From the NCBI GenBank assembly GCA_951406725.2, contig OX597832.1, positions 372,001 through 436,000 on the forward strand: a stretch of DNA of 64,000 nt, read 5' to 3'. This document shows positions 59,728-64,000 of the stretch, piece after piece. Every line of letters starts with the position of its first letter. Position 1 is the first letter of the stretch. This DNA comes from Octopus vulgaris. Taxonomy: Eukaryota. The translations under genes and the position numbers were made by a program. The notes beneath the pieces were generated by a model. It saw only the letters and a program-made list of their open reading frames with translations, was not told the origin of the DNA and searched no databases.

Positions 59728-59820
59728 TTCCTTAAATGTAACTTTTGACAATCTTTTACCAAAGAGTGAAACCGGTTAAGTAAATAAACATCGTTTAAAT
59801 TGCATTTTCAAACCTTTTTT

Positions 59821-60072
<252 letters not shown>

Positions 60073-60093
60073 CATATATATATACATATATAT

Positions 60094-60409
<316 letters not shown>

Positions 60410-60441
60410 CCTATCAAATATATCAAAGTATCAAAGTATAC

Positions 60442-60806
<365 letters not shown>

Positions 60807-60861
60807 TGATGAAACAATCAAAAAAAAGTTAATAAATAAACATCGTTTAAATTGCATTATA

Positions 60862-61130
<269 letters not shown>

Positions 61131-61131
61131 C

Positions 61132-61232
<101 letters not shown>

Positions 61233-61273
61233 CATATATACATACATATATATATATATATATACATATATAC

Positions 61274-61612
<339 letters not shown>

Positions 61613-61620
61613 TTATATTA

Positions 61621-61670
<50 letters not shown>

Positions 61671-61673
61671 TAC

Positions 61674-64000
<2,327 letters not shown>

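Overview
AT-rich eukaryotic genomic DNA. The repeat families and the very long (TA)n tracts strongly suggest an octopus/cephalopod genome (inferred, not proven). The only host gene I can support is on the minus strand: eight coding exons (23163 down to 5223) of a CREB3L1/CREB3L2 (OASIS/BBF2H7/CrebA-family) membrane-tethered bZIP transcription factor. Its exon phases join into one open frame, and its 5' exons were not found in the window. The introns and upstream region hold decayed Tc1, pogo/Tigger, mariner and maT/DD37D transposons, two non-autonomous Helitrons, piggyBac-type MITEs, LTRs with 4-bp TSDs, Penelope-like elements, RTE and CR1/L2-type LINEs, and SINEs. A ~16 kb (TA)n field occupies 46.1-62.6 kb. 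The most interesting items are: (1) a 362-bp unit with terminal direct repeats, carrying a type I hammerhead ribozyme with a U3-A8 core variant inside a long rod-like fold (candidate circRNA-forming non-LTR retrozyme, 49285-49679); (2) an integrated fold-back element made of LTR + 18-nt tRNA-Trp PBS + inverted LTR 5' end with a 4-bp TSD, which looks like self-primed plus-strand strong-stop DNA (18621-20056); (3) further hammerhead-like motifs at Penelope 3' ends; and (4) a transposon that captured local intron DNA and then received a Helitron. Almost all YI/IY-rich ORFs in the supplied track are microsatellite artefacts.
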